Assembly: GCF_036321535.1 (NCBI RefSeq)
Contig: NC_087436.1
Location: 18,540,001 to 18,604,000, forward strand
Length of the DNA stretch: 64,000 nt
Source: Camelus dromedarius
Taxonomy: Eukaryota
Reading direction: 5' to 3'
The position numbers and the translations under genes are program-made. The notes under the pieces were generated by a model. That model was not told where the DNA came from and did not search any database. It saw only the letters and a list, made by a program, of their open reading frames with translations. Positions 52,846 through 64,000 of the stretch are shown piece after piece. Numbering within the stretch: the first letter of the stretch is position 1; each line of letters starts with the position of its first letter.

Positions 52846-55789
52846 CACCATTAATTCTTCAATGTTGTGGTATAGCTGTTATAAAGAAACAGTGGGCAAA
52901 AGCAATTATCTCATGTAAAAACAGATGTAGGTCAGCTACCTTAGGTCGGTAAACTGTATTTAGTGTATGTGTAAAGGCTCTTAATGCTGAAATTAGTACA
53001 GAGAGACCATAAGCAAAATAAAATCAAGATGGTAACATGTGCCTGGGGGCCTGCATTCTAGAGACTGACTAGAGATTTGATCTTTAGCAATTCATTTCAC
53101 CTCTTGGGGATTTACTTTCTTTTTTTGAAAACTAGATGATTTTTAAAGATCTCTCCCAGCCCCAGGATCTTGGGTTCGTGACGAATGAATAAACTGCAAG
53201 GGAAGTCCTGTGTGCTGGCTGTCAGAGTCACACGCAGGGACACATCCTTGAAGTTATGAGGGGGGTGTCATCTGTGTTTGCAACCAAATGACAAAAATAC
53301 TTTGGCTTGGCCTTTATTTGTTCCCAGTCAGTTGAAAGTAAACAGAGTTCATTCAAGTAGGTATCATGTCTCCCTCATGAATCTTCTCACCCCAAGTCTC
53401 TTCCAGCCCGGGGTTACCTGAACTTACGTGTGATCCAAAATGGCTTCCCACCTCACCTGATTAGCTTTGATTAAACTTCATTTATGCCACAAGAGTACCT
53501 CAGCCATACTTTGGGAATTTAGTCTTTTATTTCCATTTCTGAAGTGAAAGACTTAGGCCTGGTCTTTAAAAGAAATGCCAGCATTAGCAAACTGGTGAGA
53601 AAATTTGGGACTCTGAAGTCCCCAGAGGTCACATTTTATTTAACTCAATGGGTCAGGAGGATATGAATACCAATTTTGCTTTGTGGAGTGAAAAAAGGGG
53701 AAGGAACAGGGCTTAATTTTCCCACTGTTTTACCAGCGCCACACAGTGAGGATGGGGGTGAGCAACCAGGTCCAGATTGCTGGTGTGGGAGCACAGGAGC
53801 GCCACCTGCAGGCCCCAGGAAACCACTCCCAGGGGCATGTGAACCTCTTCCCACCTCTTAACCAACTCTGTCCTCCCCTGCCTCTCCCCAGTGTCCTCAG
53901 ATATGTTTTGTGTTTTCTGATATAATCATATGCCTTTAGCTTGAGTTTTAGGTGGTAATGTAACTGCTTTTTTTTTTAATACAAGCATGGATCTCCTAAA
54001 TTATTAAACCATTGCTGCATAGTTGGATCATTGTAACATATTGCTTTTTATCAGGAATTATGTTTTTGCCCATATAAAGTCAGTGCTGCTTCTGCTAAAG
54101 GAAGCCTGCTTGATAAAAGGAGTCAGAGTTCAAATCAGAATTTTGAATTTATTGAAATGTTTTAAAATTGGCTGACAAGTTCACACAGCGTATTAACAAT
54201 GCTTGTCTCTGGTATTTAAATTTTCATCTGCACTTCTCCCCCCACCCCAGTAATGAACAGGTGTTATTCTTGTAAACAGGAAAAAAAAATATTAAAACAT
54301 TACAAAACCATTTTATTTTAAGCAAATGCATTTCCGTGAACACAGGCACAATGAAATCTTTTGGGAAAAAACACCGAGAACAAATTTGCAGTTGAGAAGA
54401 TAATGCCCATCTGTTTTCACAGAGCTGCTGCCCAAGAATTGTGAAAAATTCTACCCCCTTGACTAAAGCTTACATCTCACCTCAGTGTTGAATAAGATTT
54501 CTTATCACATCTAGAATATTACAATTTTATTATTTTATTTTGCTTTACATAACTTCTTAGAAACTAAATATTAAGTAAAACTTAGTTTCAAATTATTTTT
54601 CTCATTAAGAGAAACCCAATTTCCTTGAATAATAAACCACTTATCAGGAAAAAGCAGAGTATGTTATTTCCCACATTACTGTGGCACAGTCATCCTCCTT
54701 GCTTTGGCCCATTTATCATAGAATTGTCTAAATGCCCAGGATTTCCGATGAGTTCAGTTCTACTTGTACAAAATTTCTGAACATGATAATAACAACAGTG
54801 ACATATGATCACAACAACAGTAACATGTGCTTAGTGTTTTACAGTTTACAGAGCACTTGTACACATCTCCTCAAATGACCCACAATATTGTTATGTCCAG
54901 GTAAGGAAACTGATTATGAGTGGTGAATGATGAAGAAAGATCATACACTTCAGAATTAGACAGACTTGGATTCAAAACCAAGGCCTGCCACGTACTAACT
55001 GGCACACAAACCATTTCTCCACTTAGAGATCCGTTTTCTTCCTCTTTCCTAAAGATGTATGGAGGTCATGAATGTTCATCGTAGACTGCCAGGCACAGAG
55101 TAGGTTCTCAGTAAATCTTAGTTCTCCTCCCTCTCTATTTACCAACCGCATCCTGGGTTCAGAGCACCATTTGGAAAATGGACCTCTTAGTCATGGCCTA
55201 TATGGCCTCTCTGTTCTTTCTTATTAATCATGCTGAGAGGCTCTTGGGCATCTTCATGCTCTTGTGCACCAGGACCGCAGATCCAGGAGGACTGGGGCGC
55301 CCACCCTCAACATCTCTCACAGTGCCTAGCACTGAGTAGGTGCCTGATACACATTTGTCATGTGAATTATTGAGCTATTGAGCCAAAGTGTGTTTGGCTC
55401 CTGGACACAGCACATGGAAAACCCTAGGGTGCCTGACTCACTTGGGAGTTTGCTCTTGTTGGTCAGTTGCACAGTGGCCTGTGAAGCACCCCACCCACCC
55501 CCTTTCTGCCTGCTTTACGCTTTTCCGGTAGAGATTAGAGAATTTCTACTCTCCATTTCCTCTCTGGTGCTTTGAGTCTCTGATACTGGTGACAGCAACC
55601 CTCTTCCCTGTGCCCCAGGGATGGTGGCCCCTGACATGGTATCAGAGGTGGGATGTATATGAACATCCTCCGTTTGAACAGGTGTGAGCAGAAGCTGTAA
55701 GAGGAGGGGGTTTCTGAGGGTGTGTTTCTTCATCCAGGCCTGTTGCCCCTTGTGAGCACTGAGGGGAGGAGAACTTTTGAAATCAAGGA

Positions 55790-56090
55790 GAAACATGGAG
55801 AGGGGTTCTGAATCTGGGGGGCTGAGTACGTGAATGGGAAAAAAAACTGCAATTTTATATTCACTCACTTCCAACTGGACAATTAGCATTTCTTTCAACT
55901 ATGAATACAGGCAACACACCACAGTAGTTAGCAGACCCAATGAGTTTGTGATCAACAGAAATCATGGATGTTTTCACATCATATTGTAATTATTGATAGT
56001 TCTCTCAAAATATCACCTATGCTCATCCCTCCTTTAAAATTATGATAGTTATTTGACTTGCTTCTAGATCTTATTATTTACTGTGTTAAT
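55790..56090 (+). mobile_element. hAT-Charlie DNA transposon fragment (MER119-like)
   Basis: Similar to 36930-37320 (attagcatttctttcaactatgaata; ctcaaaatatca; tagatcttattattt). Confidence 0.5.
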
Positions 56091-56400
56091 ACAGAAGACC
56101 TATGCTGCCTTATCATAAGTTTGTTTTTTAAAATATTCTGATAAATGTATTTTAACATAATCTGTGTTCTTATAATTCTACATATTATATATATATTTTT
56201 GGTGGCACTGAGTTGATTTCTAAACCAGAATTCTACCTCCACGTAATGTTTACTATCATATGTGTGGGTGAGGATATGTGGGTATGCACCCATACACAGG
56301 CATGCATGTTGTAGCTTTTGTATTCTCCCTAGAAGCACATTATATGGATTTTAAAAATGCATTTAAGAATATTAATCACTAGACTTCCAAGTAGATTAGA

Positions 56401-56760
56401 TCTATCGTCTGAATGTTTGTATGACTCCCCCAAAATTTGTATGTTGGAGCCCTAACCCCCAATGTGATGATATTTGGAGGTTGAGCCTTTGGGAGATAAC
56501 CAGGATTTGATGAGGTCTAGAGGTTGGAGCCCCCATGATGGAATTAGTGCATTTTCAAGAAGAGGAAGGCCGCCCCCTGTCTCTCCACTATGTGTGTGTA
56601 CAGTAAGAAGGTGGCCTTCTGTGTGGCAGGAAGCATTTCTCACTGGACACGGAATCTGCTGGAACCTTCATCTTGGACTTCTCAGCTCCAGAACCATAAG
56701 AAATATTTTTTTTAAGCCATCGATCCTCTGCTATTTTGTTATAGGAGCTCAGAGCAAGAA
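56401..56760 (+). mobile_element. MLT1A-type MaLR LTR
   Basis: ctgaatgtttgt...cccaaaatttgtatgttggagccctaacccccaatgtgatg...tattttgttatagg. Confidence 0.8.
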
Positions 56761-58124
56761 AGGCCCTTGTACCGAGAAGAACTAGCCACACAGATGGAAC
56801 TGGTGACACAGTGTTCACTGAACAAAATATCCTGTGTTCAGGTCTCACGAAATCCTTGTAATACTACTTAGCAACATTTTGATTGAATTGTTCCTAACTA
56901 GCTAGTTGCCCCATATCAGACTCAGCTAGTTCTAAGATATGAGAATTCATAGATTAAACTATTAAACTGTTTAAGGCAACAAGTTAAAGTGCTTTCTTGG
57001 GAGCTTGACTTTCGAAAAACTTAACCAACTGATGGACTCACAGGCCTTGGCATCTTGACAGATAATTCCCTGCTTTGGTAAAGACTCTAAAGACACATTA
57101 AATGGCTTAGTGTCTCACTTTTTTTTTTTTTTAAGTGTCCTGTCTGTTTGTGGGGAGGGATGTTTCTTCCTTTCAATGTCATTTAATTTATTTTTTCACC
57201 ACATATAAACATTTCTCTTTGGAGAGATCAAAAGATGTAAATTATTATTGATTTATTTATATTGAATGCTTTTATTTGGCCTTGTGTGCAGGCTGAGAGC
57301 TCACAGAAGGTATTAGATTAATGAGGCTGGAGACTAGAGTCTTCTGTTTATCTACTTATTTGGGAAACAGAGGATCTCTAAGTCATTTGGTGTAAACTCG
57401 CCGGCACTGTGTAGCCAATTGCCTCAAATTCGACCCAGGAAAATCTAGAGCTTCATGTATGAGTCCATCATAGGGCCATCAAAACATTAGCTGCCACCCT
57501 GAATCATCGTGGAAGGAGATCCTTCCTTCCTTTCCCCTTCACCCTTTTCCCATCTCCCTTGGTTAGTTATCAGGAGGCCACCGTTCGGTCTTTTGTGACT
57601 TTCCCTCTCTAAAATGTTTAAGGTGGCCATAACCACCTGCCCCCACCCCAAGCCTTTCATAAATTCACTTTATTCCTCCCTTTACCTCTTCTCTTAACCC
57701 TTATGTACCTATTTTGCTCTATGCTAGTGGCACTTCTTAGTTGCTTCCCGAATCAAACAGAAAAGTGGAAAAGTAGATTTCCAGTAATGTATTGTGAAGC
57801 TCCTTTCCTCATATTCTGAGAGCAGGATGGGGAGACCCTGGTCCTGCTGGCTCTGCTTCTACCAGAAAAGCTTTTATCCATTATATTTGTCTGACGCTTC
57901 TAGTAAAACTTCATTTGAACCAAGGGTTCTGTGGTAAAGGAGTTTAGAGAATGTTCTTGGCACAGTTTGCCACTATCCTTTGGCTCTGGCACATGCTAGG
58001 GGAGAAATTTAATTGTCTAGTTATCCAGTGGTGTAAAGCATAAGTGTGTAGTAATAGCTACTCTGTTGGCCCCTGAAGCCACATGTCTGTGTGGCTATCT
58101 GGTTAGTTGTTTGTCTTTGGAGAA

Positions 58125-58345
58125 TGTACTGGGTTGAATAGGGTTCCCCAAAAATCCATGTCCACCAGGAACTTCAGGGTGTTACCTTATATGGAAACAG
58201 GTTTTTACAGATGCAGTCAAGTTAAGATGAGGCCTTACTGGATTAGAATGGGCTCTAATCTAATAATTGACATCCTGATAAGAAGAAGGAAATTTGGACA
58301 CAGACACATAGCACGTCCAGAGGGAGAACACCATTTGAGGTAAAG
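58125..58345 (+). mobile_element. MLT1C-like LTR 5' fragment
   Basis: tgtactgggttgaatagggttccccaaaaatccatgtccacc.ggaac. Confidence 0.75.
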
Positions 58346-60934
58346 ACTTGAGGAAAGAGGAAGGTGGATGGACCGATGAGCGTGCACACAAAAATCTTTG
58401 GGCTCATAACAGTGTCTGCTAGGAAGCACCTATGACGGAGAAGTTACTTGGCAATGAGATGGACGAGGTGAAATTGGTGGATGTCAGCCAGCCTCTGTCA
58501 GCACATGAGCAATGGGCCCATTAGAGGAGTGATTGCATGTTTCAGTGATCCTTTGCAATGGAACAAACTACACCAAAACTTAAGGGCTCAAAACAGCAAT
58601 GATTCATTTGTTTTGTTTTTTAATTGCTTCTGATACTGTGGATTCTTCTGCATGACTTGATTCTGGTTGAGCTGGGACTGTTGGCTAGGGAGCCTTGGAG
58701 CCCCTCCACAAAGCCCCTTGACCTCCTCCTAGTGTGATGGTCTCAGATAAGTCAGACTTTTTACATGGTGGCTGACTTCTAAGAGAAAGTGTTTCGAGAG
58801 CATGAAAACAGAAGCTCCTGGCTTCTTGCTGCTAGTAAGTCATCCCAAACTTTGAGGCTCAAACAAAAATGATTAATTGTTTTTTAAATCATCCTGTGGG
58901 TCAGGAATTTGGGCCAAGCTGGGATGGGTGGTTCTCCTGCTCCGTGTGGTGTCAGGCACCCTAGCTGCCTTCAGCGAGAGGGTGGTCTGGTTTTGAGTCC
59001 CAGGAAGCCTTTACGCACTTGCCTGGCACCTCCGTGCTTCAGTGCTTCTCTGTGGAGCTCAGGATCAGGCTCTATTTTAGCTCAGGATCAGGCTCATCAT
59101 TTATTTAGATCAAGCTTTGTTCAGCAGAATGTGGATTTACATTCCCTGTCCACAGTGCCCCTGCTATTACTAGTGTCTCTTACCTACTGTACCTGATTTG
59201 CTGACATGGATCCTTTATAACATCGGCTTGGGCCAAGTGACCCAATATGGGGGCAAAGGACGGGTGTCCGTGGGCTTAAGACTGCAAGATCTATGAGTAC
59301 TACAATATACCATATCACTGGATGTGATAAAATGTTGAGAAAGCCTATTAAAGGCTCAGATAAGATGAGAGCTTGGAGACAACACCCAGTGGACTTGGGG
59401 CACTGTCCCCCAGTTCTGAGATGCATAATACCAGGTTCTTCAGAGGGTCCCCAGCAGGACAAGACCCTAGTCACCTACAGATGAAATGAGCTTAAAGTAC
59501 ACCATTTGTTGACTTTTCTTTTTTCTCTCTCTTAATTTTCCGTCTCCTTTATTCTGGTTCCTAGAGCCACCTTTCAAATAAACTACCTGCCCTAGTCTGT
59601 GTCTCAGACTCTGTTTTAGAAGAAAGCAATATTCAGACACTTCTTAAGATGTTTTAGTTTTTGCTATTACGAAAAAAAGGAAATTTGACATCATTAGGGT
59701 ACAGCTTGCTTTTCAGATTATTTCTGAGGTAGGTTCCCAGAATTACAATTGTCGGATCAAAAAGTGTGGATTGCACTTAAGGCTCTTGCTCTGCCCATTG
59801 AAAACAGTGTTATTTCTAGAAAAAAATATGATACTGTTATGAGTCACTTTCCTTGTCAATTCTCATTTCTGTAAGTTGCAAGAAAAAGTTTGGGAAATCA
59901 ATGGTTTGTTTCAAAATTCATAAAGTAGGAGTGACTTGAAATAATAGTTCTCATGCCATGTTTCATCAGAAAAGTCCACTTCTGCCTACGTGACTGAGTG
60001 AAATGCAGTTGTCCTTCACAAAAGAACGTTCTCAGGAAAAAAAATACGTTCAGGCACAAGGAAGTTCTAGGACTCTGAACACTTTCTGATAAATCATTTC
60101 AATAAAATCACAGAGATTTTAGAGATTTAGAGGAGCAACTGAAAGTCTCTTTTAAGGATTCTACCAGGTAATAAAGTATCAGATAAACCTTTTGTCTTTT
60201 GACGGGGGTGGAGTTTGTGAAGATGTGCAGATAGAAAGCAAAAAATAATAAGCTAAATCAGAAATTCCCTTTCCCCCTCAGATTTCTAGTGTTCATTTAT
60301 CTCTCTCTATATAAACCACATCCTTTGGCTGAAGAAAAATGGACCTTAAAAATAGTTGACTTTCCTGGTAAAGGGATGCTTGTTTGTACAATGGGAAACT
60401 CCATCAACTTTGAAGACTGACAACTTAATTGATATCAAATATTGTTTTTGAAATGAGTTCATATAAGAAATAACGTGAAATTTTTAAGGGGAAGTTCACA
60501 AGTGCCCCCAGACATGTATTATTTTAGTGTTTAACTTAAGCTCTGGTGACTGCTACTAAAATGAACAAATTTTAGGGGACTGGATGATTTTAAAACCAGT
60601 ATACCATCCACATACTTCTGATTACTCATTTGTCATTAAAAAAAAAACTGGATTAGGGTTCAAATGGACATCTATGTCCTCTTCTCAAAGGTCCAAAATA
60701 ATAGAAGATATACTTTACAAAAGAATAAAACAAAAAATATCACTGGAAAGTGAGGAAAAGTACCATCCACAGCAAACCAGAAGATCTGGGGAACCCCTGA
60801 TCAATGGGAAGCAGGAGATGTGTTGATGAAAAAAGCCCGACAGTAGAAAAACAAAACAAAACAAAAATGTAATGGCAAAGAGTTTAAGGATATTTATTGG
60901 GAAAAACTACTCAGTGAAATGCCTAAAGGGGAGT

Positions 60935-61108
60935 CAGGGCTGCCTCCATGGGCACGTGGCCTGCACAGTGGCATGGTGCCAGTGCTTACAGGTGGCCTCA
61001 GCTTGGTTTGATACTCTCACTTTGTCTTGAAATTCTTAATAGTTTTTAAACAAGGGACCCTGTATTTTCCTTTTGCACCAAGGCCTGCAAATTATATACT
61101 GAGTCCTG
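60935..61108 (+). mobile_element. MER91A-like hAT-Tip100 MITE
   Basis: cagggc...ttgtcttgaaattcttaatagtttttaaacaaggg...gcaaattatatactgagtcctg. Confidence 0.75.
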
Positions 61109-61289
61109 CTAGGGCTGTTCCCCGACACCCTGGATTGGGGCTGAGAGGAGTAGTTGCCTTATTCTTAGGCCCACGGTTACAACTGCTATTAGTCAACAGT
61201 AGACTTGCATGAGGCTCCCAGACAGTGTACTCATACCTGAACAAAAAGTAGCACAGAATTTAGGGTAACTGTTGGCTTCTAAAACAAAA

Positions 61290-61472
61290 CAAAAGGATGA
61301 AGAAGAGGAGGAAGGAGGGAAAGGGAGGGGAAAGAGAGGAGGGAGAGGAGAGGAAGAAGAAGGAGGGATAAGAGGGGGAACAGAGAGAGGAGGGAGAGGA
61401 GGAAGAAGGAGGGGGGAGGAGAGGAAGGAGGAGAGGGAGGAGGAGGGGAAGGAGGAGGGGGAAGAGGGAAGG
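61290..61472 (+). repeat. GA-rich polypurine low-complexity tract
   Basis: About 180 nt of almost only G and A. Confidence 0.9.
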
Positions 61473-64000
61473 TGGTTTTGCAGGGGTAAAATACATGAAA
61501 AAGTTCTTCGTAATTTGATATTTGAAAGAGTTCTTGGTCCCTCATCCATACCGGCTGCCTGGAAGCACCCTTCTGTCCACTTATCTATCGTCAGATCTCA
61601 AGGGAGAGCCCACTGAAGAAATGGACCCAAACACCTAGAGAGAAAATCTGTCTTGGTTCCTATGTTAACTAATATCATCCACCACTGATAAATATGAATA
61701 GACACACGAGGAAAGCAAACAATGGGAAATGGAAGACCAAAGTTGAAACAATAATCAATCCTGGAGAAAACAGATAATTCAGGGAACAGAAGAGAATTTT
61801 TAAAATTCTAAACTACTCTCAGAGATATTTAAGACAATATTGTGTGATTATGCCAATAGAGCAAAGTCCTAATTCAGACCATATTAGATAATCTACTAAT
61901 TCTGTCTTCTTCCTCTGGAGACAGGACCTGCTTTCCAGAGCTTTCTGTCCTCCTGCTCCTGTCTGGACTAGTTGCCCCGGCCAGCCGCTGCTCAGCTGTC
62001 TTCCTGGGGTGTCTCTTCATTATTAGTCTGGGAAGTCTCTTTGTCTCTCTCCTGTGTTGGAGCCTCTGTTTTTCTCTTTTTTGGTTAACCGACTTGTTTT
62101 ACTTCAGTCAATCTCTCCAGAGTCTCCCAAACTCTCTTAGGTCATAGTGAACGTTTGGGTGACATTCTCTAGCCTGGACAGCAAAGCCCTCTCTTCCCTT
62201 CCAGGAATGGAAGTAGGTTTCCGGAGAAAGCTCTTCCTGCTTCTGGGAAAAAAAAAAAAGGAACGGATTCTAGGAGACCCAAGTTTAACGGATGATCATG
62301 GCTCTACTTGTTAGACGTTTACAGCTCCTGTGTTAGAAAAAGAGAAACTAGAACATCTTTGTAGTGGCAACAGGAGAAGAAGGACATAGGTTTAATTGGG
62401 AGGGGCTGAGGAAGGGAGAAGTGGGTTCAGAGAGAGGGGTCACTGCCAGAGAAGTTCAAGGTTTTGCCATCGATGGTCCTGGTCTTCATTGGGAGTTTCA
62501 TGTCGCCGGCCTCAAGGGTCCTGCCAGTAAATTATGTAGTCACTGTGGGTGTGGAAGCAACACTCAGCTGAGTCTCCTCTCTTTGACTCTACAGCGCATA
62601 GAGGAAGCTACAGTCTTATTTGTTCCCTACCTCTGCCTGCCAGACAACTATAACTATAAGATCAAAGGAATCCTTGGGCACCTGTTGAGGAGGTCTGTGA
62701 GCTGAACTAAACATGGCTTGAGCATCTCAAACTGGAACGTTAGAAGTGGACACTTGTGCTGTGTATACAGAGTAGGGTCAAACTGGGGAATCAATCTCAA
62801 GTGACCATGTGACAAGTTTGGCTTCTGTCTTTCTGCACCTGACTTCATCTTCCTCTGCAGCTACTTAAATTCCTAGTGATGGTTGAAAATCATTTTTTAA
62901 AGCTTATGATTAGAAGGCAATTTAACCTATTCCAATTTAATAGTTTCATTTTTATGGGTGTGCCTGTATACCCATATTCAAGCAATTTAAAATTCAACCC
63001 CCCCAGAGTTCTTTCTCTCCTGAGGAGTTTCCCTTCCTTCTCCTTATGCCCAAGATGCTGTCTGGGTGTGAGGGGGAGCTTATTTATAGCTCTGGGGCAG
63101 GGCTCCCCGCCTAAGTGACGTCATTCTCACCGTTTTCCTGTTGATCACCTGTTGAGATATATACTCACCTCTGCAGTGGGTGACTTCTGTCCTCGCTGTA
63201 CCCACTGCAGAAAGGTTTGTCCCCCACTGGCTGTCTGGCCTGCCCTGTTTACCCTGTGGCCGTTAGTGTCATCTCAGCTCCCTAGTGACCCCAGGGCAAG
63301 CTCTGGTCTTGGCTCTTGGCTAGCTTCCATGACCTTCTCTGGGAGCAAGCGGGCACTTCTATATTCTTTCTATGCTACATGAAAAAATATGGGAGACTTG
63401 AGGATAGTCAGTACAGTCCTCTCAAGTAGTTCCTGCTTATTTGTCCTTAGCTGCCGCCACTGTGTTGGTCTAGGTCCTCAGACACCCTATGAGGTGGTCT
63501 GCTCATGTGTTCCCAATAGGAACTGCAATGCATAAGGGCCCTTTACCACATAGGGCACAATTCACCAGTCTGATGCCTCCATCTTGTCTCCCTTTGCCAG
63601 ATTTCTGTCTCCATAGTCTACCCCTCAACTGGCTAAATCTTAGGAGTGTGGGGTCGGAGCACTGAACCCCTAAAGAACCGAGGTGGGACATGCATACTGC
63701 ACCCCCCACCCCCCAGGCTTTCCCACTGCTCAGTAGAAGAGCATGTGTTCTCCCCACTCTGGTGAGTGCTTCTCTCACCATGTCTTCCACTGTGGACTTT
63801 TGTTTTAGGTATTCAGGGACAAAAACAATCTGAAGTACTGAAAAGGAGAATGTTCTCGGAGGCACTGAGAATGATTTCTCTCATTACCTCTTTTAAGTCC
63901 ACTCTTTAGGGTTAGTCCTATAACCTGTTCTGTTGAAGTCTTGGGCCAAGTCCATAGTTTTGTTTTTGGTCACTCTTTGATGGATATAAAGCCCTTTTCC

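Noticed and set aside
61193..61616. E/G/R-rich and P/S/L-rich ORFs
   Set aside because: Translations of the polypurine tract.

Overview
Mammalian genomic DNA, most likely a camelid (alpaca/llama/camel), inferred from two tRNA-Ala-derived SINEs resembling vic-1. The left 19 kb holds TMEM184C on the minus strand. Coding exons 1-9 can be traced base by base, all with GT-AG introns and an unbroken frame (1051 nt of CDS); the last exon lies off the left edge. The gene starts from a CpG-island promoter at about 18.0-19.1 kb. About 2.4 kb beyond the promoter, in the divergent orientation, is a 5'-truncated, disabled processed pseudogene of ZZZ3 that keeps its 3'UTR and poly(A) signal. The remaining ~40 kb is intergenic and repeat-rich: ERV1/ERVL/MaLR LTRs, L1 ends, MIR/L2, hAT DNA transposons and microsatellites. 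I see no prokaryote-type system and no convincing new protein-coding gene. The most notable observations are: (1) a 99-codon out-of-frame ORF starting 10 nt upstream of the TMEM184C ATG and staying open across exons 1-3, plus several short uORFs; (2) an apparently chimeric MLT2-LTR/MaLR-internal/MLT1A-LTR retroelement; (3) a probable L1 3' transduction carrying a U6 fragment; (4) two L1s inserted at the same target site; (5) an env-bearing proviral remnant in intron 1. Repeat family names and comparisons with human proteins come from recalled consensus sequences and need RepeatMasker/Dfam and BLAST confirmation.
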